DNA of 64,000 bases, from contig OY761611.1 in the NCBI GenBank assembly GCA_963664875.1, forward strand, positions 1,088,001-1,152,000, given 5' to 3'. Every line of letters starts with the position of its first letter. Position 1 is the stretch's first letter. Under the pieces are notes generated by a model. It was not told the origin of the DNA. It saw only the letters and a list, made by a program, of their open reading frames with translations, and ran no database searches. Below, piece after piece: positions 18,975-27,806 of this stretch. This DNA is from Candidatus Kapaibacterium sp. (GTDB lineage: Bacteria > Bacteroidota > Ignavibacteria > Kapaibacteriales > UBA2268). Both the position numbers and the translations under genes were made by a program.

Positions 18975-20309
18975 CTAAAGAGAATTTACTGCAGATTTGA
19001 AAACCTGCCCTCTGTGCTCGAAGTTATCAAACATATCAAATGATTTGCAGGCAGGAGTAAATAAAACTAACTCACCGAAATCAGCAATTTCTGCTGCCAA
19101 CCTGACTGCTTCTTCAAGAGTGTGAGCTCTATCTACTTTGGTTTTTAAACAAAAATGATTGAAAATAGCATCTGCTTCTTCGCCTATAGCTATTATACTT
19201 TTCACATTTTTATCTACTAGAGAGTCTAACTGCGAATAGTCATTATTATCTCCTCTGCCTCCGGCTATCCATATTATCGGTTTTTTATAACTTGAGAGTG
19301 CATACCAAGTTGCATTGATATTTGTTGCTTTCGAATCATTTACAAAATCCACTCCCATAAAGCTCCTTACAAATTCTAATCTGTGCTCAACCCCTTGGAA
19401 GCTCATCAGACTATCTCTGATGTTTTCATTGCGAATCTCGAGAACGCGAGCAGCCAATGCCGCCGCCATTGAATTGTAAGTATTATGAATACCCGGTAGA
19501 GATAATTTTTCTACTGCCATTAGTTCCTCCGTTTTATGCTGCTGTGAGACGGTATATTTGATAGTTCCACCTTCTGTATAAATCCCCCGATTTAAAGGTG
19601 AAACCGAAAAGAATAATAAATTGGCTTTGGTCTTTATGTCGGACGCTATTAATGCGTCGTCATCGCCGTTTATTATTAAATAATCTTCTGCTGTTTGATT
19701 AGCTGTAATTTTGTACTTTGCCTCTCTGTAATTATCCAAACTCCCATGATAGCTGAGATGATCAGGAGTCAAATTTAAAATAATAGCCACATCAGGACGG
19801 AATTTCTTAGTTCTGTCTAACTGATAGCTGCTAAGTTCTAATACTATTACAGAATCTTTCTGCAAGTCGGGAATGACTGCGGAAAGAGGTGTGCCGATAT
19901 TGCCACAAACATGAACATCTACCCCTGCCTGTTGCAATATATGACCGGTCAGTGCAGTAGTAGTAGTTTTGCCGTTGGTGCCTGTGATAGCTATAATTTT
20001 GTGGTTTGTAAATTCCCAGGCAAATTCTAACTCACTTATAATATCCATTTCTCTTTTTTCCGCTTCGACAATAAAATCAGCTGTCGGAGGTACCCCCGGA
20101 GAAAGGATAATTCTGTCAGAATCAAGTATCTTTTCGTTAGTGTTAGTGCCGAACTCAAATTCTACTCCGATTTTTTCGAGTTCAATTGCAGTTTCGGCAT
20201 ATTTTTCTTTTGGTTTGCTTTCGGATAAGAATACATCATATCCTTTGGAGCGGGCTAATTTTGCTGCTGCAAGTCCGCTTCTTCCTGCTCCTATTATAGA
20301 AATCTTCAT
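18975..20309 (-). CDS. murD: UDP-N-acetylmuramoyl-L-alanine:D-glutamate ligase
   Basis: SPGVP, ITGTNGKTTT, ELSSYQL, NLTPDHL, HRLE, NDSKATN. Confidence 0.97.
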   Translation of the reverse strand: MKISIIGAGRSGLAAAKLARSKGYDVFLSESKPKEKYAETAIELEKIGVEFEFGTNTNEKILDSDRIILSPGVPPTADFIVEAEKREMDIISELEFAWEFTNHKIIAITGTNGKTTTTALTGHILQQAGVDVHVCGNIGTPLSAVIPDLQKDSVIVLELSSYQLDRTKKFRPDVAIILNLTPDHLSYHGSLDNYREAKYKITANQTAEDYLIINGDDDALIASDIKTKANLLFFSVSPLNRGIYTEGGTIKYTVSQQHKTEELMAVEKLSLPGIHNTYNSMAAALAARVLEIRNENIRDSLMSFQGVEHRLEFVRSFMGVDFVNDSKATNINATWYALSSYKKPIIWIAGGRGDNNDYSQLDSLVDKNVKSIIAIGEEADAIFNHFCLKTKVDRAHTLEEAVRLAAEIADFGELVLFTPACKSFDMFDNFEHRGQVFKSAVNSL

Positions 20310-20367
20310 AACTGTAGTTACTCTTATGCAAAAATTTCTTAAATTGACTTTATGCTGCTTGAAGTAG

Positions 20368-20432
20368 CAAATTTACATATTATTCAGTAATTTTATTTAA
20401 TTTTTATGCTTACGTGGAAAACTTTATATTTG
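20368..20432. promoter_or_regulatory. Divergent -7 elements for murD and def
   Basis: TAAATTTG on minus at 20368-20375 and TATATTTG on plus at 20425-20432. Confidence 0.5.
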
Positions 20433-20491
20433 AAATAAAGACAAAAACAGTCCGTTTTATTTGATAAATGTTAAACTAAACAAAGTTATTT

Positions 20492-21067
20492 ATGGCTGTA
20501 TTACCAATATACAACAGTTTTCATCCCATTCTCAAAAACAAAGCTTCCAAAGTAGAAGCGATTGACGATTCGGTCAGGCAATTGGTAGATGATATGTTTG
20601 AGACTCTATACAATATAAGCAACGGGGTCGGACTTGCTGCAAATCAGGTAGGCGACAAACGTGCGGTAATTATTATAGACCTCGGAGTCGGAGAAGATGA
20701 AGAAGAAAAGCTAAGCGAAAAAATAGTAATGATCAATCCGGAAATAATTGACAGCTCCGAAAATACTGATGACGACTACGAAGGTTGCCTTAGCGTGCCC
20801 GAATATTTTGAGAAAGTTGTACGCCCTGCTCAAATCAAAGTAAAATATTACGACTTAGATATGCAAGAGATTGTCCGAGATGTTGATGGTTTCCTTGCCA
20901 GATGCATGCAGCACGAAATCGACCATCTCAATGGTGTACTTTTCTACGAAAGACTTTCCGGTCTAAGGAAGACACTTGGACAAAACAAGTTGAAAAAAAT
21001 CAAAAAGGGCAACATAGTACCTGATTATCCTATGATAAATGCTGACGGGAAACCGCAAAAGCAATAG
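20492..21067 (+). CDS. def: Peptide deformylase
   Basis: GVGLAANQ, EGCLS and QHEIDHLNG motifs. Confidence 0.97.
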   Translation: MAVLPIYNSFHPILKNKASKVEAIDDSVRQLVDDMFETLYNISNGVGLAANQVGDKRAVIIIDLGVGEDEEEKLSEKIVMINPEIIDSSENTDDDYEGCLSVPEYFEKVVRPAQIKVKYYDLDMQEIVRDVDGFLARCMQHEIDHLNGVLFYERLSGLRKTLGQNKLKKIKKGNIVPDYPMINADGKPQKQ

Positions 21068-21096
21068 GAGTAAGTAGTTTAAGATTGCGTAAGATT

Positions 21097-21192
21097 AGCC
21101 AAAGAAGTCAGTTCTCTTTTGGCTCTAAAAATACCCTGAATAAAGTTTGTCGAATCGCTAAACATAGAGGGGGAAAGAACAATCCCCCCTAT
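21097..21192. terminator. Two hairpins between convergent def and the propeller array
   Basis: AGCCAAAGAAG..TCTCTTTTGGCT (21097-21124) and AGGGGGA..TCCCCCCT (about 21168-21190). Confidence 0.45.
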
Positions 21193-21243
21193 TACTAAAA
21201 TATATTTGCCATATTAAAAACAAGAAAAAGAGTTTACTCATAT

Positions 21244-22557
21244 CTATTCTCCTTTTATGAGTTTATAAGAAATTGCTGTGTCGGCGTAAACTATCTGAAG
21301 AATATACATACCTTTAGCAAGTTTATCCAAAATTAGAGCAATACCTTCTTCATTTGTATTTATCTGTACGAGATAAGTAACTTCTCTTCCGCCTTCATCA
21401 AATAGTTTTATATTTTCCCTAGGAATGTAATATTTGCAAGGAAGAAAAACTTGGTTTGTAGTAGGATTTGGATATAAGACAGTTCCTTCCAAGTCTTCTA
21501 CAATGCTTGAGTCAAAGAAATACTTGCCTGAAGAGATATTGTAAGGGCTGCTACCAATAATAACATCCTTTGTAGAAATGATAGGACGAAACCATCCATA
21601 ATGATAATCATTCTCTTTATCATAGAGAGATATTTTATTACTGATATCAATAATTATAGTTTGCAGACTTAACGTTGTGAGTATGAAGGTTTCTTCCTTA
21701 AAAAAATCGATAGTGCCACCACCGTATTGATTGCCCTTTATGTCAAAAGAGTTATTAATAATAGAATTTTTATCAATACTGAATATAAAAAATCCCATGT
21801 GGTTTTCATCGGTAGAATTGTGTTTAAAGATTCCAGAAATATATAATAAATCAGAATTTGAAGGTGAAAATTTCAAATCTCCTGGAGAACCCCATTTCTC
21901 AGTAGTTTGCGGAACTAATTCATAATCCACAACTAATTTATTCGTTTCAGTTTCCCAAACAAAGAGTCGAGAATGTCCCTCGCTAACAGAAGCAAAATAT
22001 CTGTTATCCGGAGAGATAGCAAAAATATAGAAATAGTTATTGTGTTGATTCTCGGTAGTTAACTCGAATTTTTCAGTAAGTGATTCTGCATCATAAACTC
22101 TAATTTCATGATAATAGCTGTAATTACCAGCATCATTAAATTGATATTCTAAGTTTAAATAAATATTGTTCCTGTCATTATCAACAGCAATGTTTTTGTA
22201 TCGTATTTCCCAACCATCTTTTACAGTAGGCAGAGTTTCTTCCTGAATAATATTCATCTCATTCAGATCTACCTTAACCAGTCGCGCACCTGAAAGCACT
22301 AGAGCAGTTTGCCCGCCTTTCATGAGTTCAAACTTAGAGGCATCAATTTCAGGAATTCGGCGAAGCAACTCACCAGTTTCAGAGTTATGCACAGCTAAGT
22401 CCACATTAGACCCGGCAACGAACTCTTCGTCGTTATTGATAAAATGCAACGAATAGACATTTTTGTCAGGGGTCGGAATTGACCATAAAAACTTCATTTC
22501 ACCTGCCTGAGTGGCAAGTGTTAGGAGAATAAAACACAAGAAAAAGATCTTACTCAT
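21244..22557 (-). CDS. T9SS-secreted WD40-like beta-propeller protein, copy 6
   Basis: Signal peptide ending ATQA, blade-like motifs (FAISPDNRYFAS..RLFVWE), type-A CTD (LYPNPT...LAKGMYILQI...KLIK). Confidence 0.85.
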   Translation of the reverse strand: MSKIFFLCFILLTLATQAGEMKFLWSIPTPDKNVYSLHFINNDEEFVAGSNVDLAVHNSETGELLRRIPEIDASKFELMKGGQTALVLSGARLVKVDLNEMNIIQEETLPTVKDGWEIRYKNIAVDNDRNNIYLNLEYQFNDAGNYSYYHEIRVYDAESLTEKFELTTENQHNNYFYIFAISPDNRYFASVSEGHSRLFVWETETNKLVVDYELVPQTTEKWGSPGDLKFSPSNSDLLYISGIFKHNSTDENHMGFFIFSIDKNSIINNSFDIKGNQYGGGTIDFFKEETFILTTLSLQTIIIDISNKISLYDKENDYHYGWFRPIISTKDVIIGSSPYNISSGKYFFDSSIVEDLEGTVLYPNPTTNQVFLPCKYYIPRENIKLFDEGGREVTYLVQINTNEEGIALILDKLAKGMYILQIVYADTAISYKLIKGE

Positions 22558-22559
22558 CT

Positions 22560-23870
22560 CTACTCTCCTTTTATGAGTTTATAAGAAATAGCCGTGTCGG
22601 CATAAACTATCTGAAGAATATACATACCTTTAGCAAGTTCATTCAAAATTAGAGTAATACCTTCTTCATTTGTATTTATCTGTACGAGATAAGTAACATC
22701 TCTTCCGCCTTCATCAAATACTTTAATGTTTTCTCTTGGGATGAAATATTCGCAAGGAAGGAAAACCTGATTTGTCGTAGGGTTAGGATATAAGACAGTA
22801 TCTTCCAAGTCTTCCACAATGCTGGAGTCAAAATAGTATCTACCCGAAGATATCCCATCTGGACTACTACCAATAATTAAATCATTTTTGGAAATAATCG
22901 GACGGTACCATCCATAATTATAATCGTGTCTTTCATTATAAATAGTTTGATTTTGATTTACATTGACTATTATAGTACGATAACCTACAGTAATGAGTAT
23001 ATCATTATCATTAGTAAAGAAATCAACAGTTCCTGTCCAAAAAGGTTTTTCTATAAAAAATGTATTGCTTACTATTGAGTTACTATTTATACTAAACATA
23101 AAAAATCCTCTATGAATATCATCGTTAGAATTATGTCTAAATGCTCCTGAAACAAACAATAAATCAGAATCAGAAGGAGAAAATTCTAAGTCTGCAGGAT
23201 TGCCCCATTCGTTTGAGGATTCAGGCATTAAAGGATAATCTACTACTAATTTATTCGTTTCAGTTTCCCAAACAAAGAGTCGAGAATGTCCCTCGCTAAC
23301 AGAAGCAAAATATCTGTTATCAGGAGAGATAGCAAAAATATAGAAATAGTTATTGTGTTGATTCTCGGTGGTTAACTCAAATTTTTCAGTAAGTGATTCT
23401 GCATCATAAACTCGAATTTCATGAAAATAGCTGTAATGACCAGCATCATTAAATTGATATTCTAAGTTCAAATAGATATTGTTTCTGTCATTATCAACAG
23501 CAATGTTTTTGTATTGTATTTCCCAACCATCTTTTACAGTCGGCAGAGTTTCTTCCTGAATAATATTCATCTCATTCAGATCTACCTTAACCAGTCGTGC
23601 ACCTGAAAGTACTAAAGCAGTTTGCCCGCCTTTCATGAGCTCAAACTTAGAGGCATCAAGTTCAGTAAGGCGACGAATCAGTTCACCTGTTTCAGAGTTA
23701 TGCACAGCTAAATCCACATTAGACCCGGCAACAAATTCCTCATCGTTATTGATGAAACGAAGCATAAAAACATTTTTATCCGGCGTAGGCACCGACCATA
23801 AAAACTTCATTTCACCTGCCTGAGTGGCAAGTGTCAGGAGAATAAAAAACAAGAAAATGAATTTACTCAT
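22560..23870 (-). CDS. T9SS-secreted WD40-like beta-propeller protein, copy 5
   Basis: Paralog of its neighbours with the same signal peptide and CTD. Confidence 0.85.
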   Translation of the reverse strand: MSKFIFLFFILLTLATQAGEMKFLWSVPTPDKNVFMLRFINNDEEFVAGSNVDLAVHNSETGELIRRLTELDASKFELMKGGQTALVLSGARLVKVDLNEMNIIQEETLPTVKDGWEIQYKNIAVDNDRNNIYLNLEYQFNDAGHYSYFHEIRVYDAESLTEKFELTTENQHNNYFYIFAISPDNRYFASVSEGHSRLFVWETETNKLVVDYPLMPESSNEWGNPADLEFSPSDSDLLFVSGAFRHNSNDDIHRGFFMFSINSNSIVSNTFFIEKPFWTGTVDFFTNDNDILITVGYRTIIVNVNQNQTIYNERHDYNYGWYRPIISKNDLIIGSSPDGISSGRYYFDSSIVEDLEDTVLYPNPTTNQVFLPCEYFIPRENIKVFDEGGRDVTYLVQINTNEEGITLILNELAKGMYILQIVYADTAISYKLIKGE

Positions 23871-23872
23871 CT

Positions 23873-25187
23873 CTATTCTCCTTTTATGAGTTTATAAGAA
23901 ATAGCCGTGTCAGCATAAACTATCTGAAGAATATACATACCTTTAGCCAGTTTATCCAGAATTACTGTAATACCTTCTTCATTTGTATTTATCTGAACAA
24001 GATAAGTAACTTCTCTTCCGCCTTTATCAAATACTTTAATGTTTTCTCTTGGGATGAAATATTCGCAAGGAAGGAAAACCTGATTTGTCGTAGGATTTGG
24101 GTATAAGATTGTTTCTTCCAAGTTTTCCACAATGCTTGAGTCGAAGGAATATTTACCAGCTGATAAACTTAATTGACTCGCCCCTATTATTAGATTATCA
24201 CTTTTAGTGATGATTGGATCTGACCAAATATAGTTATCAGAATTAAGTGCGCTAAAAACAATTTTGTTTTCCATAATATCTAAAATTTTAACTATTTCTC
24301 TGCTAGTGTTTAGAATATAATTCTCATTTTTAAAAAATGCAACTGTACTCCATCCTAATTGAGAGTCGTATTGATCAAATGCAGAATTTATTATCTCATT
24401 CTTTTCTATATCAAATATCTTAATACCTTGATGGTTTTCATCCGAAGCGGATTGTTTAAAACGACCAGTTAATAATATTATATTAGCGTTATCTAAAGAA
24501 AACTCTATATCTGCGGGATATCCCCATTCCAAAGTAGTTTGAGGAACTAATTCATAATCCACAACTAATTTATTCGTTTCAGTTTCCCAAACAAAGAGTC
24601 GAGTGTCCCTCACTAACAGAAGCAAAATATCTGTTATCCGGAGAGATAGCAAAAATATAGAAATAGTTATTGTGTTGATTCTCGGTGGTTAACTCAAATT
24701 TTTCAGTAAGTGATTCTGCATCATAAACTCGAATTTCATGATAATAGCTGTAATTACCAGCATCATTAAATTGATATTCTAAGTTTAAATAAATATTGTT
24801 CCTGTCATTATCAACAGCAATGTTTTTGTATTGTATTTCCCAACCATCTTTTACAGTCGGCAGAGTTTCTTCCTGAATAATATTCATCTCATTCAGATCT
24901 ACCTTAACCAGTCGTGCACCTGAAAGTACTAAAGCAGTTTGCCCGCCTTTCATGAGCTCAAACTTAGAGGCATCAAGTTCAGTAAGGCGACGAATCAGTT
25001 CACCTGTTTCAGAGTTATGCACAGCTAAATCCACATTAGACCCGGCAACAAATTCCTCATCGTTATTGATGAAACGAAGCATAAAAACATTTTTATCCGG
25101 TGTAGGCACCGACCATAAAAACTTCATTTCACCTGCCTGAGTGGCAAGTGTCAGGAGAATAAAAAACAAGAAAATGAATTTACTCAT
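23873..25187 (-). pseudogene. T9SS beta-propeller copy 4, frameshifted
   Basis: Near 24603 the plus strand reads gagtcgag-tgtccct where copies 5 and 6 read gagtcgagAAtgtccct; this 2-nt deletion splits the gene into ORFs 24579-25187 and 23873-24652. Confidence 0.85.
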
Positions 25188-25189
25188 CT

Positions 25190-26497
25190 CTATTCTCCTT
25201 TTATGAGTTTATAAGAAATAGCCGTGTCAGCATAAACTATCTGAAGAATATACATACCTTTAGCCAGTTTATCCAGAATTACTGTAATACCTTCTTCATT
25301 TGTATTTATCTGAACAAGATAAGTAACTTCTCTTCCGCCTTTATCAAATACTTTAATGTTTTCTCTTGGGATGAAATATTCGCAAGGAAGGAAAACCTGA
25401 TTTGTCGTAGGATTTGGGTATAAGACAGTTTCTTCCAAGTCTTCTACTATGCTTGAATCAAAGAAGTATTTACCGGCGGATAATTGATAAGCTGCTCCAA
25501 TTATTATATCTTCTCTCGAAATTATTGGAGAAGGCCAACTATATGTATAATGATGAGCTTCGTTGTAAATAATATTTTTATGATTCAAATCATAAATAAA
25601 ACATAAGTCATTTCTTGTAAGCAACAAATAATTTATATTTTTAAAAAAGTTTATAATGCCCGAGTGTTGAAGACCAGACACATTAAATGTATTGTCAATA
25701 ATTATTTTTTTGTTAATGTCGAAAATAAAAATACCCTGATGGTCTTCATCTTTAGAATTATGTCTAAATGCTCCTGATACATACAATAAATCAGAATCAG
25801 AAGGAGAAAATTCTAAGTCTGCAGGATTGCCCCATTCGTTTGAGGATTCAGGCATTAAAGGATAATCCACTACTAATTTATTAGTTTCAGTTTCCCAAAC
25901 AAAGAGTCGAGAATGTCCTTGAGTAACAGAAGCAAAGTACTTGCAATCCACTGATATTTTAAAGACTGCAAATAAGTATTTACGTTGCTCACCTGTCGTA
26001 AGTTCAAATTCTTCTTTCAGAGTTTCCGCACTATAAACCATGATTTTATGATAGAATGTTTCATTACCTCCATCATTAAAATTTAATCGAGCATCCAAAT
26101 ATATTTTACTTCTTATAGGATCTAAAACTAATGCTCTATAGCTTATAGACCAACCATTCTCATCTGTCTTTAGTGTTTCTTCCTGAATAATATTCATCTC
26201 GTTCAGATCTACCTTAACAAGGCGTGCACCTGAAAGCACTAGAGCAGTTTGCCCGCCTTTCATAAGCTCAAACTTAGAGGCATCAATTTCAGGGAGGCGA
26301 CGAAGCAGTTCACCTGTTTCAGAGTTATGCACAGCCAAGTCCACATTAGATCCGGCAACAAATTCTTCATCGTTATTGATAAAATGCAACGAATAGACAT
26401 TTTTATCAGGGGTCGGAATTGACCATAAAAACTTCATTTCACCTGCCTGAGTGGCAAGTGTCAGGAGAATAAAACACAAGAACAAGATCTTACTCAT
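25190..26497 (-). CDS. T9SS-secreted WD40-like beta-propeller protein, copy 3
   Basis: Paralog carrying a unique second module (KTDENGWSISYRALV...). Confidence 0.85.
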   Translation of the reverse strand: MSKILFLCFILLTLATQAGEMKFLWSIPTPDKNVYSLHFINNDEEFVAGSNVDLAVHNSETGELLRRLPEIDASKFELMKGGQTALVLSGARLVKVDLNEMNIIQEETLKTDENGWSISYRALVLDPIRSKIYLDARLNFNDGGNETFYHKIMVYSAETLKEEFELTTGEQRKYLFAVFKISVDCKYFASVTQGHSRLFVWETETNKLVVDYPLMPESSNEWGNPADLEFSPSDSDLLYVSGAFRHNSKDEDHQGIFIFDINKKIIIDNTFNVSGLQHSGIINFFKNINYLLLTRNDLCFIYDLNHKNIIYNEAHHYTYSWPSPIISREDIIIGAAYQLSAGKYFFDSSIVEDLEETVLYPNPTTNQVFLPCEYFIPRENIKVFDKGGREVTYLVQINTNEEGITVILDKLAKGMYILQIVYADTAISYKLIKGE

Positions 26498-26499
26498 CT

Positions 26500-27804
26500 C
26501 TATTCTCCCTTAATAATTTTGTATGAAATAGCTTCATTAGCATAAACTACCTGAAGAACATACATACCTTTAGCAAGTTCATTCAAAAATAGCGTAATAC
26601 CTTCTTCATTTGTATTTATCTCAACAAAAGAAGTAACTTCTCTTCCGCCCTGATCAAATACTTTTATATTTTCTAGAGGAATGTCATATTCACAAGGAAG
26701 GAATACCTGATTTGTTGTAGGATTTGGATATAACACGGTTCCCTCTAAATCTTCAACGATGCTGGAGTCAAAGAAGTATCTTCCCGAAGATAATCCATCA
26801 GGACTGCTACCAATGATTACATCATTTTTTGAAATTAGCTGACGATACCAACCATACTTAAAATCATGTCTTTCATTGTAGATAGTTTCATTTTGACTGA
26901 CATTCACTATTATTGTAGTATTACTTATAGTCATCAGCATAAAGTTATTATTTGTAAAGAAATCTATTGTACCATTCCAAAATGGATTTACTATATAAAA
27001 ATAATCATCTACTATTTTTGTATTACTTATATTGAAAATAAAAAATCCTCTATGATCATTATTTGAATTTTGTTTAAAAGCACCTGAAACATATAATAAG
27101 TTAGAATTGGAAGGTGAAAAGTTTAAATCATCAGGAGATCCCCATTCATTTGAGGATTCAGGCATTAAAGGATAATCTACTACTAATTTATTAGTTTCAG
27201 TTTCCCAAACACGAAGGTAGGATTTTCCATCATTAACTGCTGCGAAATACTTACAATCTGCCGAAATAGTAAAATAGAAAGGGTCGTCATGTTGATCTTC
27301 TGTTGTAAGTTCAAATTTTTCAGTAAGTGATTCCAAATCGTAAACTCGAATTTCATTTGAGTAACTGAAGTTTCCTGCATCATTAAATTGATATTCTAAA
27401 CTTAAGTATATATTGTTTCTGTTTGTGTCAATTGTTAAATTTTTGTATTGTATTTCCCAACCATCTTTTACAGTAGGCAGAGTTTCTTCCTGAATAATAT
27501 TCATCTCATTCAGATCTACCTTAACAAGGCTTGCTCCTGAAAGTACTAGAGCAGTTTGCCCGCCTTTCATAAGCTCAAACTTAGAGGCATCAATTTCAGG
27601 AATGCTACGAAGCAGTTCACCTGTTTGAGAGTTATGTACAGCTATATCCACATTAGACCCGGCAACAAATTCCTCATCGTTATTGATGAAACGAAGCATA
27701 AAAACATTTTTATCCGGCGTAGGCACCGACCACAAAAACTTCATTTCACCTGCCTGAGTGGCAAGTGTCAGGAGAATAAAAAACAAGAAAAAGAATTTAC
27801 TCAT
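26500..27804 (-). CDS. T9SS-secreted WD40-like beta-propeller protein, copy 2
   Basis: Paralog with the most divergent CTD (…YANEAISYKIIKGE). Confidence 0.85.
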   Translation of the reverse strand: MSKFFFLFFILLTLATQAGEMKFLWSVPTPDKNVFMLRFINNDEEFVAGSNVDIAVHNSQTGELLRSIPEIDASKFELMKGGQTALVLSGASLVKVDLNEMNIIQEETLPTVKDGWEIQYKNLTIDTNRNNIYLSLEYQFNDAGNFSYSNEIRVYDLESLTEKFELTTEDQHDDPFYFTISADCKYFAAVNDGKSYLRVWETETNKLVVDYPLMPESSNEWGSPDDLNFSPSNSNLLYVSGAFKQNSNNDHRGFFIFNISNTKIVDDYFYIVNPFWNGTIDFFTNNNFMLMTISNTTIIVNVSQNETIYNERHDFKYGWYRQLISKNDVIIGSSPDGLSSGRYFFDSSIVEDLEGTVLYPNPTTNQVFLPCEYDIPLENIKVFDQGGREVTSFVEINTNEEGITLFLNELAKGMYVLQVVYANEAISYKIIKGE

Positions 27805-27806
27805 CT

